DNA of 64,000 bases from Balanoglossus misakiensis (Eukaryota; Animalia; Hemichordata), in the NCBI GenBank assembly GCA_040954595.2, contig CM082595.2:10405918-10469917 (forward strand), in the 5' to 3' direction. The position numbers and the translations under genes are program-made. The notes beneath the pieces were generated by a model. That model had not been told where the DNA came from. It made no database searches and saw only the letters and a program-made list of their open reading frames with translations. Each line of letters begins with the position of its first letter. Positions within the stretch are counted from its first letter, which is position 1. Positions 24,833 through 39,798 of the stretch are shown here, piece after piece.

Positions 24833-26863
24833 GTCAAACAAGTGAGTATATACTTTCAAGACACCCTGCAAACAAACAAGCCATCTTCATTCCGTAGATC
24901 TTTTAAGCTTATTTATACATTGTAAATTTTGATGTGAAACTTTATTGGTCTTGTTGCCAAACTTCTGAAGAAATGAGGATATTGTTTTGAAGGGTATTTT
25001 ATCAGTAGGTAACAAATACCATGGCCCTCCATGCAAATACCCACATGGTAAATTAAAACTGTTACAGATGTATTTGATTTCCACATATTGATTACATGTG
25101 GGATAATATTGGGTGCTGGCAGTTTCAGTAAATGAACTGCTCTTAAAAGTTGGGCGTCAGGGCACCCTTGATTTTGCCTGTTCCAAGTTAGAATAGTCTG
25201 TCCATATGAATATTTGTTCAGCAAGTTACAAGCAATCTTTTAAGTTTGGAATGAAAAAATAGTGAAATGACTTGTGATGTTAATATGCAATTGTTGGTTG
25301 ATTTACATGCAACCCCCAGGACTCGATCAATGTTCTCCCAATCCGTGCATGAACAACGGTATCTGTGAGCCAATCAGTGGATCGTGCAGTGCGTTTACCT
25401 GTCGCTGTCAAGGCTGTATCATTGGAATCACCTGTGACCAAGGTAAATTTATCAGACGAGGAGCTGTTTTTCCCCCCTCATACCGGTATATTTGTCATAG
25501 CTGGCAGCTATGAAATTACCTGTATATTTAGGATGTGACAAACCAAATAGGCACTTTCAGGAATTGAGTCTTTTTTGCAATTACTAAGTCCTAAACTCCC
25601 AAAAGTATAATAAGTAATTCTTATTGTTCAGTTATACATTAAGGAGGCTTAGTTATAGGAGAACCCGATAGAACCACAGCTGTCAGAATGGTGGAAACTG
25701 TGTGCTGACGCCCAATTGGTGTACTGAATTCACATGCTCCTGTACAAGCTGTTACTCCGGCGATTTATGTCAGACATGTGAGTGATTTTAAATTTCAGAC
25801 GAAGAGGAACATAATAACATAACACATAATCGGCTTGCAGTTGGTTTCTTCCAACCTGTATCATACAGTGAATAACGACACAATTTTGGGGAAATTTATT
25901 AAGAATGTGTGTGCCATAAAAGGGGATTGTGTATTTGACCAAACAACAACCTGCACCGTATGGTACACTAAGACACTATTACACCTGTGTCAAAATTTCA
26001 TTACGTTTCTTTTGTTGAACATGGAAGAAATTTGTCACAGTGATGTTCTGTTGACCAACTGAGATTTTTACCACTCAACCCTGACTGCACAAATCTGTTT
26101 AAAGTATATGTAGTAAATATTAACTGTACACAATTTATATCACTTTCTCTTCTGTGCACAGATTTGAATCCGTGTCAGCCCAACCCTTGTCTAAACAGTG
26201 GATTCTGCCAGCAAGTGTCCTGCACCGAGTTCAGATGCCAGAGTTCGCGCTGTTTCATCGGAACCACGTGCGCTGAACGTAAGCAAACCAGTGTCAGATT
26301 TGCCGCACAAAGTAGAAATCGCTGGGCTTTGTCATTGATATTGTCTCAATAAAGTTGCCTGTGATTGTGCAGCTAACCAAGAGACTTATATGCACTACCG
26401 TAGCCATGATGTATACTTTCATTGACTCAAATGCTCATCAGAGTAGATGTTGCTATTTTTCCAACCGTAAATTGAAACATCAGAAAGTTATGACATCAAC
26501 TACCCCCACCCCCACCCCACCCCACCCCCAACTAGTAAATATTATAAGATGCTGTAATTATGATAAAGATGGTAGCACCAAGCTTGGATCAAGTGGTCTT
26601 CATTATCCTTCACACATGAACATGATCACACGGATGTGCAATCTTCTGACAGTCTGCTACAGATTTCACTTCCCACTCAAGTGTGTAAGACCCTAATGTT
26701 GTGATACTTTTCATTTCTCTCACCCTTAGCGATCAACCAGTGTCTTCTAAACCCATGTCTGAATAACAGAGTGTATCAGCCACTTCAAGGCTCCTGCTCA
26801 ATCTACACCTGCAACTGTCCAACCTGCTACACTGGGCAAACATGTGTTACATGTAAGTCAAAA

Positions 26864-27890
26864 GTTTTTAGGTCCCATTGGTATGTACCATGGGACCTTA
26901 TGGGATTGGTTACGTCTGTATGTATGGATGGATGGATGGATGGATGTATGTCTGTATGTCCGTCCACATCGAAAACTTGAAAACCGCAGCGCGTATGACC
27001 TCGATATTTGGCGTGTAGATGCAGGCAGGGCTGTAGATGGGAGTTTGTTCAAATGAAGATGTCATTGCCAAAAATATGCAAATTAGCTGGGAAAATGTGA
27101 AATTGGTCAAAACTCAAAAACTGGACAACCACTGGTCATATTGATTTGAAAATTGGTATGCATGTACCTTATATCAACCTCATACAATCCTGTATGTTTT
27201 GAGCTAATATTATCGATTTCCTATTTTTTTTGCATTTTTTTGTATTTTTCCATGTTATTGGTAAAATGTCTTTGAAATTTAGTATGAAGCCTCCTAATGT
27301 TGTCTAAGTAACCATAGTTTTGTTCAAATTGTTGCAAAATTTGCATATCTATAATTTTGAGCAATATTTGCCATTTTTGGTCAAAAAATGTTTTTCTTTA
27401 AAACCTCATGCCAGATTGCTTTCCAATTTGGTAGGCATGTTCGTAGGGGTAACCTAAATAATATGTTGTAAAAAAAAAAGATATTTGCATAAATGTGTTA
27501 TCGGGGAAACTTTTGCAATTTTTGTCAAAAATTGTTTTCTCTGAAACCGCTTGTCCTATTGCATTGAACTTAGGCAGCATGTTCCTTGTAGTGATTGAAG
27601 TAAGATATTGTACAATTTTGGTGATATTTGCATATTTGTGTTTTTGCCACTTTTGAACAAATATTTTCTGTGAAACTGCTTGTTGGATTGCTTTGAAATT
27701 AGTTTTTTCTCTGATTGCTTTGAAATTTAGGATATAATTTCATAACACATACCTGTATATGTGCAACTTTTATTCAGTTCTGAGATCAGAAAGATTAAAT
27801 ATTTAGCGAGTTTTTTTGGTAAGTTTCTTAGTTTTTGGTTAGCAAATCTTCTCCTAAACAAATTGTCCAGTTGTTTTTAAAGTTACTATT
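26864..27890 (+). mobile_element. HINE-like element, copy 2
   Basis: Paralog of 12176-13200. Confidence 0.55.
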
Positions 27891-29414
27891 TACAAGGAGT
27901 TGTTACCTCGAACAAAGACATGTTTACATAACTTAAATAGGCCAGCTGTTACAGAGACCACCAGCTATCAAATTTTAATTACCAGTGGCAGGTCAGTGTG
28001 TGTCTGTTCCAGGGCTGACTGAAAGAAGTTGCTTCGCATATGTGTTTGTACAGACAATTTTTGGTCATTTTTTTTCTAGCACCACTTGTAAGACTGCCAT
28101 GACACATGACAGTTTATTGGGCATGTTCCTTGTTAATGTTTTTACATTCCATATTTCTATATGGTCAGATCATATCTGCTTGCAAATGTCACCTGTAATT
28201 TTTATTCTGGTGTGTCACTGTTTCCGCATAATCCTCAAATGTCATCAGATCTCCGAATGTGATGAAAACAGTGTGTTTTGAGTGTTTTTTAAATGACCTT
28301 TTGGGTTAAAAGTGGCAAAAATGGCAATTTTGTCTTGAAAGGGGTCAATAAGACTGACTTTTTTGGAATCAGCACCATTTTTACATTGAATGGACTAGTC
28401 TGCTCAAACTTTCCTTACCAACAATTCTGTTTAATCTTCTGTAACATGTATACTAGTATACATGTAGCTGCCTGATAGTTTGCCCTGCGTGTGTAATTGC
28501 TGAGTGACATAACGCATTCTGTGATTGGTGCAGTCACGTAACCACCAATAAGATCGCTTGTTATAAGGAGAACTGCACGACCTTTAACCGCATTAGCATA
28601 CCTGATTTTTAGGGCTCGATATTACCTCTGAGGACGCAATATTTAAGTTGAAGTTTTTTTTCTTTTATCATATTAGAGCAAGAAGACTTGTTTTTATGTA
28701 AAAGAAATAAACCTTAATATACAGAGTGCATTTTGAAACGATAGGCAGGTCCGGCCCATAGCCTAATTCTTCATTTTTCTGTCATGCGTAGGAATTGATC
28801 AGTGCTAACAACCCATGTCAAAATGGCAGCACTTGCCAACCCTAACCTCGTGTGGGGCATTGACGTGCACCTGCCAAGGATGCTATACTGGGAGCGCTGT
28901 GAAAATTGTCAGTCAGTTTCTTTTGTCAAATTAATCAATATGTGTGGGACTGCTATACATGTATATAAAACAGAATACTGCGATGGAAAATTCTATAACT
29001 TAATGTTTCACTGGATATATGACTTAAAGTTAGCAGGATGCAGTGAATTCAACAGAAAGTGTAATTTCCTCTTGTGTGAGCTCTGTGCGACTGTGCCAAT
29101 GAAAATCTCACCACAAACAAAAATGACAGGTATACACTGTATATTAGCAGCTTTGTCTCTGTAATAGCCATAGTGTTTTGAAGTTGAAAACTTGCAAAGT
29201 GTGCAGTTTTATTCACACTACAAAGGAAACATTGTTGAAACGGATTATCTGTGTACATTGTCAAACTGTACACTTGTCGCGAGATTTATTCTCAATTATA
29301 TTATATCATGCTACCGTCCGCAATTCTGATTGGACGAGAGCTAAATCCAGCGATGCTAAAATACTCAATAATGCACTGCTGACAGTGGTAAAACGGGCTT
29401 TCTGTTTGCCACAT

Positions 29415-30594
29415 GGGTTTGTTCTTTAGGTTGTTGTATGTGTTTACACTCATCATGTTTATAGTAGAACCAGGGTCGATCAGTGAGGCAACTGCTGTTT
29501 GTTCTATCTGCACTGTTACTTGAGGCCTCCTGCCATTTGATTGTTGTTCAGTGAAGCAGTATTCATCTCCCGAGCTGTCTTCCACTTTATGCACAGCTTT
29601 GACAGTTTCATCCTTGTCTACCCTATTTGCCTTGTCTTTTGATCGGTAGCATTTGGCAAAATAGTTAGGTTTGCCACACTTCCTGCATGACTTGCCTTTA
29701 GCTGGACATACTGAGTCATGTGGATAGGTGCCACCACAATAATAACAAGTGGACGGTCCTTTCGCTGGCTGCTGATGAGCTCTCTTTTGTTTATTTGGTT
29801 TCGGGCGTTGGTGGCGCTGTTTTCTGACCGCATTCACAGATGCCGTATCTGCACCATAATTTTGGGTTTTCTCCTCAATCCCACTAGCCTGAACCTCTGA
29901 TACCTCAAATGAACAGGCTGTACTCAGTAGATTCTCTAGTGTCGTCTCCTCCCGAAGTGCACGACGTCTGAGACGGGCTGATGTGAATCCTCGTATGATT
30001 TGTGATTTGACCTCTTGATCCTTATTGGTGAAGTCACATATGTTTCTGCTAGGCATTGCAAACAAGTGTGATAGGCATCAATCGATTCGCCGTTGTTTTG
30101 TATGGTGTCTCTGAAGATAAATCGTTCGTATTCAATGTTCCGTTTGGGTGAGAAGTATGACGAAAGCTTTAATTTGGCTGTTTCACAGCTAGTTCCTGTA
30201 TCTGGTAGAGTATCAAAGAAGTCGGAAACTTCCTCACCTGCCCAGTGCAATAGCAGTGCACGTTGTCGCTTGTCATCTGTAATGTTGAATGCGACAAATG
30301 CGTTTTCTACTCTAGCCATGTACTTTTTCCATCTCGTACTGGTGGTTGTCGGGTCTGAATGAACAGGAAAACTCGGCATTGACGGCTAGCTGATTCTCCA
30401 TGTTCTCCGTCCTCGTCGCCAAATATAGAATCGTTGGTGGGCAATAATGACAACACGAGACACCAAGTCCGGCATGTAAGAGTGAGAGTGCCTAGCCTCG
30501 TTCACGCACTTTATTCATAATGACCCGAATGTTGCATTACGTCATTTTACAGAATGTATAAAGTATAGATGCTCACTAGTGTTTGGACACTACA
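29415..30594 (-). mobile_element. Truncated Gypsy element, copy 2
   Basis: ORFs 29301-30065 and 29936-30379; PBS at 30410-30421; LTR at 30424-30594. Confidence 0.92.
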
Positions 30595-30777
30595 ATATAC
30601 ATGTGACTGCAGTGTCTTTCCAATCATGAATTTGCAAGGTGTCCTTCGGAGAAAATCTTCTGATTCTCTTTTCTGATTTGCTTTGCATATTTAACTTAAT
30701 GATCTCATTTGTTGGAATTCCCTGTCTCAAATTTTTGATGATCAGTCTCTGCCCCATTGCTCATCGTCCCAACTTTC

Positions 30778-31114
30778 TGATGATATATGGATGATATATG
30801 GGATCAAATCTTTGGTCGTGTATTTGCTACAAATGGTAGGTATTGGTTCGTGATTGAGTCTTTGTGTTGTATATTTGGGGTCGCAGTGGTATGAGTTTGG
30901 ATTTATGCCAATCTTTAAGTTAAGTGTTATTTGGGTTGCCGTTGAGCATTGATGGCTTGATAAGTGGGGCTAGGGTCAATTTTGATTGGGTTTGGATTGT
31001 TTGGGCTATGATAGGTTGGGTGATGGCTAGGATTTGTGGTGGGTATAAGGTGTGGTGTAAGAGATGGAGGCATTATGGGGTCTGGTGAGGTTTTTGTGAA
31101 GGAGGCCATGGTGG
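30778..31114 (-). repeat. Inverted satellite fragment, second copy
   Basis: Paralog of 16091-16427. Confidence 0.92.
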
Positions 31115-33365
31115 CTGCAGAATTCAGGGCATGCTGTAGCGGTTGAATGCATGATGATGGTAAACCACAGAGTATTGCATTGCAGTAGTCCAGTTTTGAT
31201 GTGATTAGAGCATGAACCAGCATCTGGCAAACTTCCTTAGTGAGGTAACGGCGAATGTGGCTGATTTGACGCAGATGGAAGAAAATTGACTTGCAAATTG
31301 CATTAATGTGCTTATTGAAAGTGTAATTGTCGTCGAATGTCACACCTATATTCCGTGCAGAATTCACAATTTGAACACAACATGATCCAATGCTCATGTG
31401 GTTTATGGGACTAGGCGAGCGGTTGAACTGAGACCTTATCAGGGGTACCTCGGGTTTGCCACCATTTAGTTGAAGTTTATTATGTGTCATCCAGGTTTTT
31501 ATTTCGTGAACTGCCCTTTCCATCTTGTCTAATGTACTTATGGTGTCTAACTGGAAGAAATATTGGTATAGTTGGTTGTCATCGGCATATTGGTGAAAAT
31601 TGATGTTGTGGTGACAAATAAGTTGAGCAAGTGGTTGGATGTAGCTGCAGAACAAAAGTGGGCCAAGCACTGAACCGTGTGGTACTCCATATTGTAGATA
31701 TTGAGGTTCTGACATTGTGCCATACAAACTGCTGTCTGTTCTTAAGATATGATGAGAACCATTGTAGTGCGATGTTGGTGATGCCCAGTTTTGATAACCT
31801 TGAGATGATTGTGTCGTGATCTATGGTATCAAACACAGAGGAGAGATCGAGGAGAACCATGAGTACACATTTACCGGCATCCAGTGCCATACAAATATCG
31901 TTGTTGACTTTAGTAAGTGCTGTTTCAGTACTGTGATCCTTTCGGTACGCTGACTGCAGTGGTTCTTGTAGTGAGTTGGTAGTCAAATATGATGTCAGTT
32001 GTTGTGCTACAATCTTCCCGATTACTTTTGACAGGAAGGTTAGGTTTGAAACTGGTCTATAGTTCTTGAAAATGTTTTTGTCGAGCGAAGGTTTCTTGAG
32101 TATATTGGTGTGATGACTGCTATTTTAAGTTATTCAGGAACAGTTCCAGTTTTGAGTGACAAATTGATAATTGTGGCTATGATAGTGAGCAGATTATCAA
32201 GACATTGCTTATCAAGTGCTGTAGGGATGAGATCAAGTACACGTGTTTTAGATGGAGACTGACGGGTTGGTTATAAGCTGATATGGCGGAGGAGAGGTCA
32301 TTTGGAGGCTAGGACATTTGATGTATTTTGTCGAGATCATGGCTGAAACTATCAATTGAAATGGCAGATATGACGATAAGATATTTGACGTCTACTGTGT
32401 GTTGGTTTCGGAAGAGCAAGTTTTGCATTGACAGGATTGTGATCAGAGAGTTCCAAGCAGTCTACAGAGACACTCTTGATGTTAGACGCAGAGTTAGATA
32501 AGATGAGATCAAGAGTATGACCCTTTCTGTGTGTTGGTTGTTGGACCCATTGTTTCAGATTACAGGCGCTGATGATTCCATTGAATTTCTGTGTTACTGG
32601 ATTCTTATCATCTTCTAGGTGAATATTGAAATCTCCTACGATGAAGAGATTACTTGAGCAGGTGACATACTTCTCAAGTGTTGTAATGAACTCTTCCATG
32701 AACTGTGGTGCGGTGAATTTATTATTAACTGATGGTGGTGGACGGTAGACAAGAATTATTTTCATGGAAAGTTTCTGGTGAAGAATAGTTGCTTCCGCTG
32801 CCTCAAAAGATTTAACAGAGAGAATAGGCTTCCAAGCTGTTTATTTTAGTGCTAGCTTATGAATTTAAGCTAAGCCTCCACCGATCTTGCCAACCCCAGG
32901 TAGATATTTGACAGCATAGCCTGGTGGTGTACATTCAGCCATTACGTGTTCGTCACCAGATTCCTTCAACCATGTTTCAGTGAGTACAAGAATATCAATT
33001 TCTTTATCTGTGATGTAGTCTGCAATGTCTAATGATTTGCATCTAGCTGAGCGGACATTCCATGTAGAGAGTAGAAGTTCACACGTATTGTGGACAGGGT
33101 GGATCTTGAATACTGCATAGTCACTCTTCAATAGATATTTAGTGACTCGCTAACTGTTGCGATTCGTGTGTGTGTAATTTACGTACTTCAAGTTAAATAT
33201 CGCAACTAGCCGTAATGTTTGACTAGGGGGAGCACCTATACTAATGCGAGTACCAGGGATTGAAAGTTGCACCTGTATTTTGATCCCTTAGTTACCCTTA
33301 TAAGTACATTTGTAGTTTAATAACCATAGTTCTATTGCAAACCATTCTTTCCGTAGTTTCTTGTT
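31115..33365 (-). mobile_element. Decayed L2/CR1-group LINE ORF2 (EN+RT), next copy
   Basis: Same as 16428-18680 at offset 14687 (ORFs 30927-31727, 31579-31986, 32352-33131). Confidence 0.95.
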
Positions 33366-33606
33366 TCAAATATTGTAATCTGAATTTATTATGATGTTTA
33401 ACAGGTGTGATTATCTGTATTTGCGGCCATTTTGAAAAAAAATTGGTTGCCATGGAAACTCTTCAACAGATATTTAGTGACTCGCTATCTGAATTTGTTC
33501 AGTACACATTAACACACATCTGAGCCAAGTTTGGTGCTTTTATCACAAAATACACAATCGATATGAAAATTTGGGTTTTGGTGCTCCATTACCTAAGTAA
33601 CATTAA

Positions 33607-34024
33607 GGATGTACGTTCAATAAAATGGAAAGTATTGTCATTTTTTTTAATTGTGGATTTTTTTATTCTCTTTTGTATGTATAATGAAAATCCGTAATAA
33701 AATATAGGGGTCACCGCGCTTGTTTTTGAAATACAGAGCCATGAAATTGGTCGATAATAGAAGAAATCTGCTGACTCAGCATTTTTCACCAATGGTTTGT
33801 TTGTCTATGGCCAAAATTTCTTAATGCAATTTATCTCAAAAAAGAGCGCGGTGACCCCTATATTTTATTTGACCAATGAATTTATATTTGCTGGACTGAG
33901 CTATGTGTAAAATTTCGAGAAAATAACAATAGTAGAAGTTTGTTTTCTGGCGATTATCAATGTAATCCTATGGAAAAAAGACCGGACACGCAGTGTTTCC
34001 GGTTTATGTTCTGCACGTACATCC
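33607..34024. mobile_element. Kolobok-like MITE, copy 3
   Basis: Paralog of 1942-2351. Confidence 0.65.
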
Positions 34025-34372
34025 TTGATGAAGTTTGCTGGCTAGAGGGCTCCTAAACCTCCTTAATATTTGACGTCTTCACTCCTACAGGACTGCGCAG
34101 CTGGAAGTTAAAGTTCAGCATGTTCTGAAGCATGCACGCTGTGTCCAGGGGTTTCATGTGTGGAACAGCCAGCCTCTCATCACCAACACAATGCGGACTG
34201 GGATATTTTGCCAACAATGGAAGTATAGACTGTACGCCTTGTCCTGCCCCGGGTATAAGTGCCAATATGATGGTATGTCGGAGCCAGAGGTGTGTGAAGA
34301 TGGATACTACACTAATATAGATGGTGAGTCAGCACTTAAAGTTTGGGCATTACTGTGTAATCTTTCACTTAA

Positions 34373-34877
34373 AGGCACGTAAGCTGTAACTTTTGGGATA
34401 ATTTTCATAATTTTTGTTTAAAACTGCACTACCATTAGTCCATGCAGATGAAGGCAGTGAACTATACACAAGCATTATAAACCCTAAATATGAGTGCATA
34501 TGCAAGTTTTAACCAGATAAATAATAAAGCTTTGCCGCAAGCGATTATGGCCGCCACCGTGGGAAAATGCAAGAAACAATGAAATTGTTGCATTTCCGGT
34601 TGTGAAACTTCATAAACAAAACATGATCTCATCCACTTGAGCTCATGGAAGTAAATGTACACCACTGAGACATCAGATTTCCATTTTTCATTGCAATATT
34701 GCACTTTTTTTAAAATTGCAGGAATTTTTGTTTTTTCTTTAATTTTGGCCATTGTGTCATAAATAAGTGTTGAGCTTGATATATTATCATGAAATATCAT
34801 TTAATAGACATAATTAAAAGCATATATGAGATTATTTAAAACATTAATTTTTTTATCTAGTTGCAGCTTACGTGCCT
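34373..34877. mobile_element. Kolobok-like MITE, copy 3
   Basis: Paralog of 2700-3205. Confidence 0.85.
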
Positions 34878-36842
34878 TTAAGGCAGACGATCATCTTATG
34901 TGCATGTACGTAATTCTGTGCGTACAAACATTACGTCCAGTCCAAATATTCTGCCAATTTTACATCCAATGCATTCAAATAGTGGACTGCTTCGCTTTCA
35001 TCCAGTTTTCATGTGCATCGTATAAGTAGACTTTTGTTTTGTCCCGTCTTTTCACCAAATTTGCTCTTTTCCAAATCTCCGACACAGACTATGATCGTCA
35101 CGATCTTGTCTGTTGTTAGAACAGCACACTGCCGTATGGCATTGACTGTACACAGTTTCTGTTACCAATATCTCTGGATTGGCATTTTCCTGTCCTCAAT
35201 CTTTTGCCAGGGATTTTTGTCTCCCCAACCCGCGTGAGAATCCCACGTCTTTGAAGGTATGACTGTGACTATAAGATTCTATAAATCTCTGTTTATTTTC
35301 AGCACAAACATCATGTGCTGATTGCCCAGCTGGTAACCAATGTCCAAATGGTAACTCTGTGATTTTATGCTCGGCTGGTTATTACAGTTCGGCCTTGGAC
35401 AAAGGATGTCTCGCTGTACCTCTTGCATAACAGGTAAACTTCTACCCACCCACCTTTATTTCCAACATCAAACATTAGGTCAGGTAATTTACTAACTGAA
35501 AAATAGGATGGGATCATTTTCTATTTCTGTATTTAAAATTTACTGATATAATATATGAATGAAAAAATGACAATTTTTCCAAATTTGAATAGACCTCTAT
35601 TTATGAAAATAATTAAAATTTGCACCAAATGTTTACAGTGGTATTCAAAGGTTAACTTGGTGTGTAAATTCTCTGTTTGATTTACAGATCAGCTGGTGCT
35701 GAACATTGTACTATTTGTGAGCAAGGGTACGCCTGCATAGATCCCAGTGCATCGCAATTCAAGTGTACCAAGGGTTACGTGTCATTGGCTGGTGCAACAA
35801 ACTGTACCAGATGTACAAATGGTAAGATTGTGGTACTTGTTCAGTTTGCTGTGTGATGAAACTGAGGGGTATGTGTGTATGCATGTATGTGTTTACAACA
35901 GATTTTCAAGTCAGTGCGACTGGGGGTATGTGTGTGTGTGTATGTATGTATGTGTTTACAACAGATTATCAACTCAGTGCGAGATCTTGCGAGACCTGGT
36001 TAGCCATGTGAGATCTCGCAGAGTCTTATGATATTCAGAAAATGGTTGATTAGAAATGACGTTTAATGTCCTCCAAAGAATTTTCTACATGCCTGTATAC
36101 TTGTCTCAGAATTATGAAGTGAATCATCTCAAGTAATTTGTTATTTTAAATGACACTGTATCACAAATACATCACTAAAAACCTCATTTTCTTTAATCAG
36201 ATGAAATAAGTGAGGAGCCTGCACGCACATCCTGTCTTCTGTGCCCTGCTGGAAAATCGTGTTCAGATCCAATGTAAGATCCGCTCGACTGTGGCAATGG
36301 TGAATATGCTATGGAAGGCGACGGCACATGCACGCCTTGTCCAGTGGTATCCAAGTGTCCAACCATGTCACCCGTAGTGGATTGTTCAACAGTTACTGGT
36401 AAGTTGGGCTGCAAATCACTCTTTTGACTTCCCTGTGTTATAGCATGGCATACACAGAAAATTAAACTGTTATGCTTATTGGAGATGATATTGTGATGCA
36501 CTTTGAAAAACACAATGATTCCACTGAAGAGGTATTGTACAGTTAAACCTGTGATTACGGACATCTCTCTAATAAGGGATCGTTGGACCAAACCATGGTG
36601 GTAAAAATCGTTCTTTGAATTTTTTCTGTGATAGGTTCATACTCGCTAGGTTCGGCCACGTCCTTCTGGTTATGAATGCACAACTACAAGTGTCACACAG
36701 TGCGCTACAGGGCAGTAAAGTGCTGAAGGAGGTAAGTCTTGAAATCCCTTTTCTTCTTGTCTCGATTTGAACATGGTTCCACAAGTTGTTTACATCACTT
36801 GTAGTTTTACATATTTTTTGAGTTCAACAGCTAGCTATACAT

Positions 36843-38555
36843 GGTGTCCTGAGAAGTCAACCAGTATGAGAAGTCGGTCTCGGCCAGTACGAGAAGTCGG
36901 CCTGTGGGAGAGAACCCTGGTACTCTGTGTTATATATAACTGTTTCACTACGAAATGTTTCCTTGATGTACAGGAGCTAAGATATTTGTACAAATAGCCG
37001 ATGAATTTTAAAACTGTCTGTTCACTTTTCATGTACGTCACCGGGGTACGTCAACATCAGTCACCTGCACTTCTTGAGCTGCGCCAGTAGTCTGTTCCTT
37101 GTCACGTTTGTTTGTTTGTTTGTTTGGTGTTGTCTCAGAAAGTATGAATATACACATACATCTTCTATGTATTTTAGTAGGCTTTGAAACAACTCCCTTT
37201 AATCAGAAATGTCACAGGAATTTGGCGAACAACCTAAGCTCCTTACGCGGATACGAGGCTGGGGAACCGGTACGGATGCCAGATGCCATTATTTGAAATG
37301 ACGTCATTGTGTTGTCAAGAATTTGGGAAATCCGTCCAAATGAAAATATTTAGTGCAATTACAGTCGAACCTCGGTATAACGAAGAACAGGGGACTGTTT
37401 GAATCTATTCGTAATACCCGGAGTTCGTTGTAACCACAGAGAAAGTGGGGGCGTGTCACTGGAACAAAATGGCGGCCCTTATACACACCCACCCGTACAC
37501 GCACACAACACGTACTTCATACAAACAAACTTTTTATTACAGTACTTAATAAATTAGTGAAAAATCAAAACATAAATGTACAGTATGTTAATAAATAAAT
37601 TGTACAAAAATCACAATGCGGAAAGAAGTTAAAATTCACGAATTAAAAACTACATGAACCTCAGGCCGCCAGATTCAATTGTCCGTTTTCCTATCGAAGT
37701 TACTCACGCGGGCAAGAAAAAAAGCTCGTAATCTTCGATTGTCGCTGAATGGAACACATGATTGAAAACATCGTGTCTTCAATCGAAGAGAGATGATGGT
37801 AGGTAGCATCATCGATGTTCTCGCGGGACTGCAGATATGCGGCATAACGGTAGCCAAGAGGTCACTCGCTGTGTCAAGGACACCGGTCGACGCGTTCCTA
37901 CATAGGGCTTTTCGAAAACAGTTCGCGATGGTATTCGATGTCACCTTCAACCATGATGAGTGTCTCATATCGGTCATTTTCAAATTTAAGATCAAAGTCA
38001 AAATCCCGTAATGTGTAAATGACTTGAAAGCTTTTTTCGCATTGATGCCAAACGACCTGTCAAAAGCGTGATGCTTAGTAAGCACATGTAAACAATAGGC
38101 GAGAATTTGCTGCCCTGACCCCTATTCAGACATTGGACTGCCGTAGGAAGATGTGAAGAAGTTACACAGCATTTTAGTTTGATCAAAGTCAAATTGCACA
38201 TTGTTTATTTCCAACCTTTATTCAAAAAAGTGTTCGTAACACAATGAAAATGTCTTCGTTGTAAGCGGTGATTGATAAATGTTCGTTCATTGTAAGTGGT
38301 ATGAACGGCCATAGAAAACAATGGTACCAATTTGGGACTATGACTGTTCGTTCGTTGTAAGCGGTTTTTCGTTGTAAGCGTTTTCGTTATACCGAGGTTC
38401 AACTGTATATTTTATTAAGTGTTGTTATAAGTAATCTGGGTCATTACTGCACTATTCGGGTACAAGTTCAACAACTGGCCGACTTCTCATACTGGCCGAC
38501 TTCTCATGCGCGCGTACTGGCCGACTTCTAATCTGGCCGACTTCTCATGTATTCC
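36843..38555. mobile_element. Subterminal-repeat transposon, copy 3 (contains a nested pogo/Tigger-like MITE)
   Basis: Paralog of 5171-5837, split by the insertion at 37362-38405. Confidence 0.7.
37362..38405. mobile_element. pogo/Tigger-like (Tc1/mariner) MITE, 1,044 bp, copy 3 only
   Basis: 23-bp TIR CAGT(C/T)GAACCTCGGTATAACGAA with a TA TSD. Empty site GCAAT-TA-TATTTT in copies 1 and 2. Confidence 0.93.
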
Positions 38556-39798
38556 TATACATTAGTGAAAATTGGGCAAACTGGTGTTTTCAGACAACTT
38601 ATGAAGTCCTTGTCTCAATGGAGGTACCTGTCAACAACAGGTAAATTCTTGTACTGCCACAATTTGCATGTGCACAGAGTGTTACTAGGGAACCAGTTGT
38701 GAGACAAGTAAGTTTGAATCTGTAGCAGTTAATAATGATAATTATCATTTTTTTATTATGATTTAAACTTCACTGATGTTGTACAAACACAAAAATAGAA
38801 AGGGATAGCAGCTTAGCTCTATTCCGTTTCGAAAGTTTTTGTTCTTTTAAACTACCTGTGCATTTTTTTTATTTATTCTGATTATGCTAATATGCTAATT
38901 TGTCGGTTTGTCACATCACAATTTTTGAAGGAAACTCAGCCACTTACATACATTCATAATCACGTGACATTGATGATCATGGAAAATTTGACCCTTTTCC
39001 TTGCAGGACTCAACCAGTGTCAACCAAATCCGTGCCAGAATGGTGGCTTCTGTCAACCGGCTCGAAATTCCTGCTTTGATCTCACCTGCATATGTACTGG
39101 TTGCTACAAAGGTGATAGGTGTGAGATATGTAAGTATACAGCGCAGTCTCTTTTACCTTTTGTCTCTGATGCATTCAAATACTGCATGTTTCCTGAGCAT
39201 AGGTGTAGCCATCTCCACAGCAGAGCTTGGAGAGTTCTTGACATCGAATGCAAGATTACACTCTTTCCAATCAAAATCACTTTCGTGGCGCATAATGTCT
39301 TGATTGTCTTGGTTCAAGAAACATTATGCGCGACTGGCCAATTTTACTGCCTTTTGTCAACACACATCCACTATGGAAATTCTCACTCCAGGCCAGATAG
39401 TGTAAATTTACATATGAGTCTACAGGTGTGCTTGAAGTCAAGTCAAGCATTTGCAAGGAACCCTCCTCCAGTACACAGGTCTTTGATTTCATGAAGGGAA
39501 GCCCTTGCCTCACAGTCACTGCCACATGATCTATGGAGGTGTGAACAACTTGATACCAGCCTAATATAAGTTGTAGGCACAATCATTCCGCACACCCTTG
39601 CCATAATTCTGCAAGGTTTTTGCCATATCTGTACTGTAGAATGAGTAGCAAGGAATAAAATGGCGTCCTTTCTTAATTTCCAGTGCAAAACCCCTGTGAT
39701 CCCAACCCATGTATGAATGGTGGATTTTGCCAGCAAACATCGTGCAATTTCTATTCATGCCAGTATGTGAACTCTTACACAGGTGACATCTGTCAAAC

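Larger units (their letters stand above)
19403..28907 (+). pseudogene. GCC/EGF pseudogene, copy 2 (lacks 4 EGF exons and the start of a fifth)
   Basis: Paralogous exons with the same stops. Deletion junction at 25680. Confidence 0.9.
16979..31665. repeat. Tandem segmental duplication, copy 2 (2,230-bp internal deletion)
   Basis: Colinear with copy 1. The offset changes from 16915 to 14685 at 25680/25681. Confidence 0.97.

Noticed and set aside
37675-38085. ORFs inside the pogo-like MITE as a transposase
   Set aside because: No HTH or DDE/D motif is recognisable.
38892-39494. 200-aa ORF
   Set aside because: It is one EGF exon read through into flanking intron, and it is broken in copies 1 and 2.
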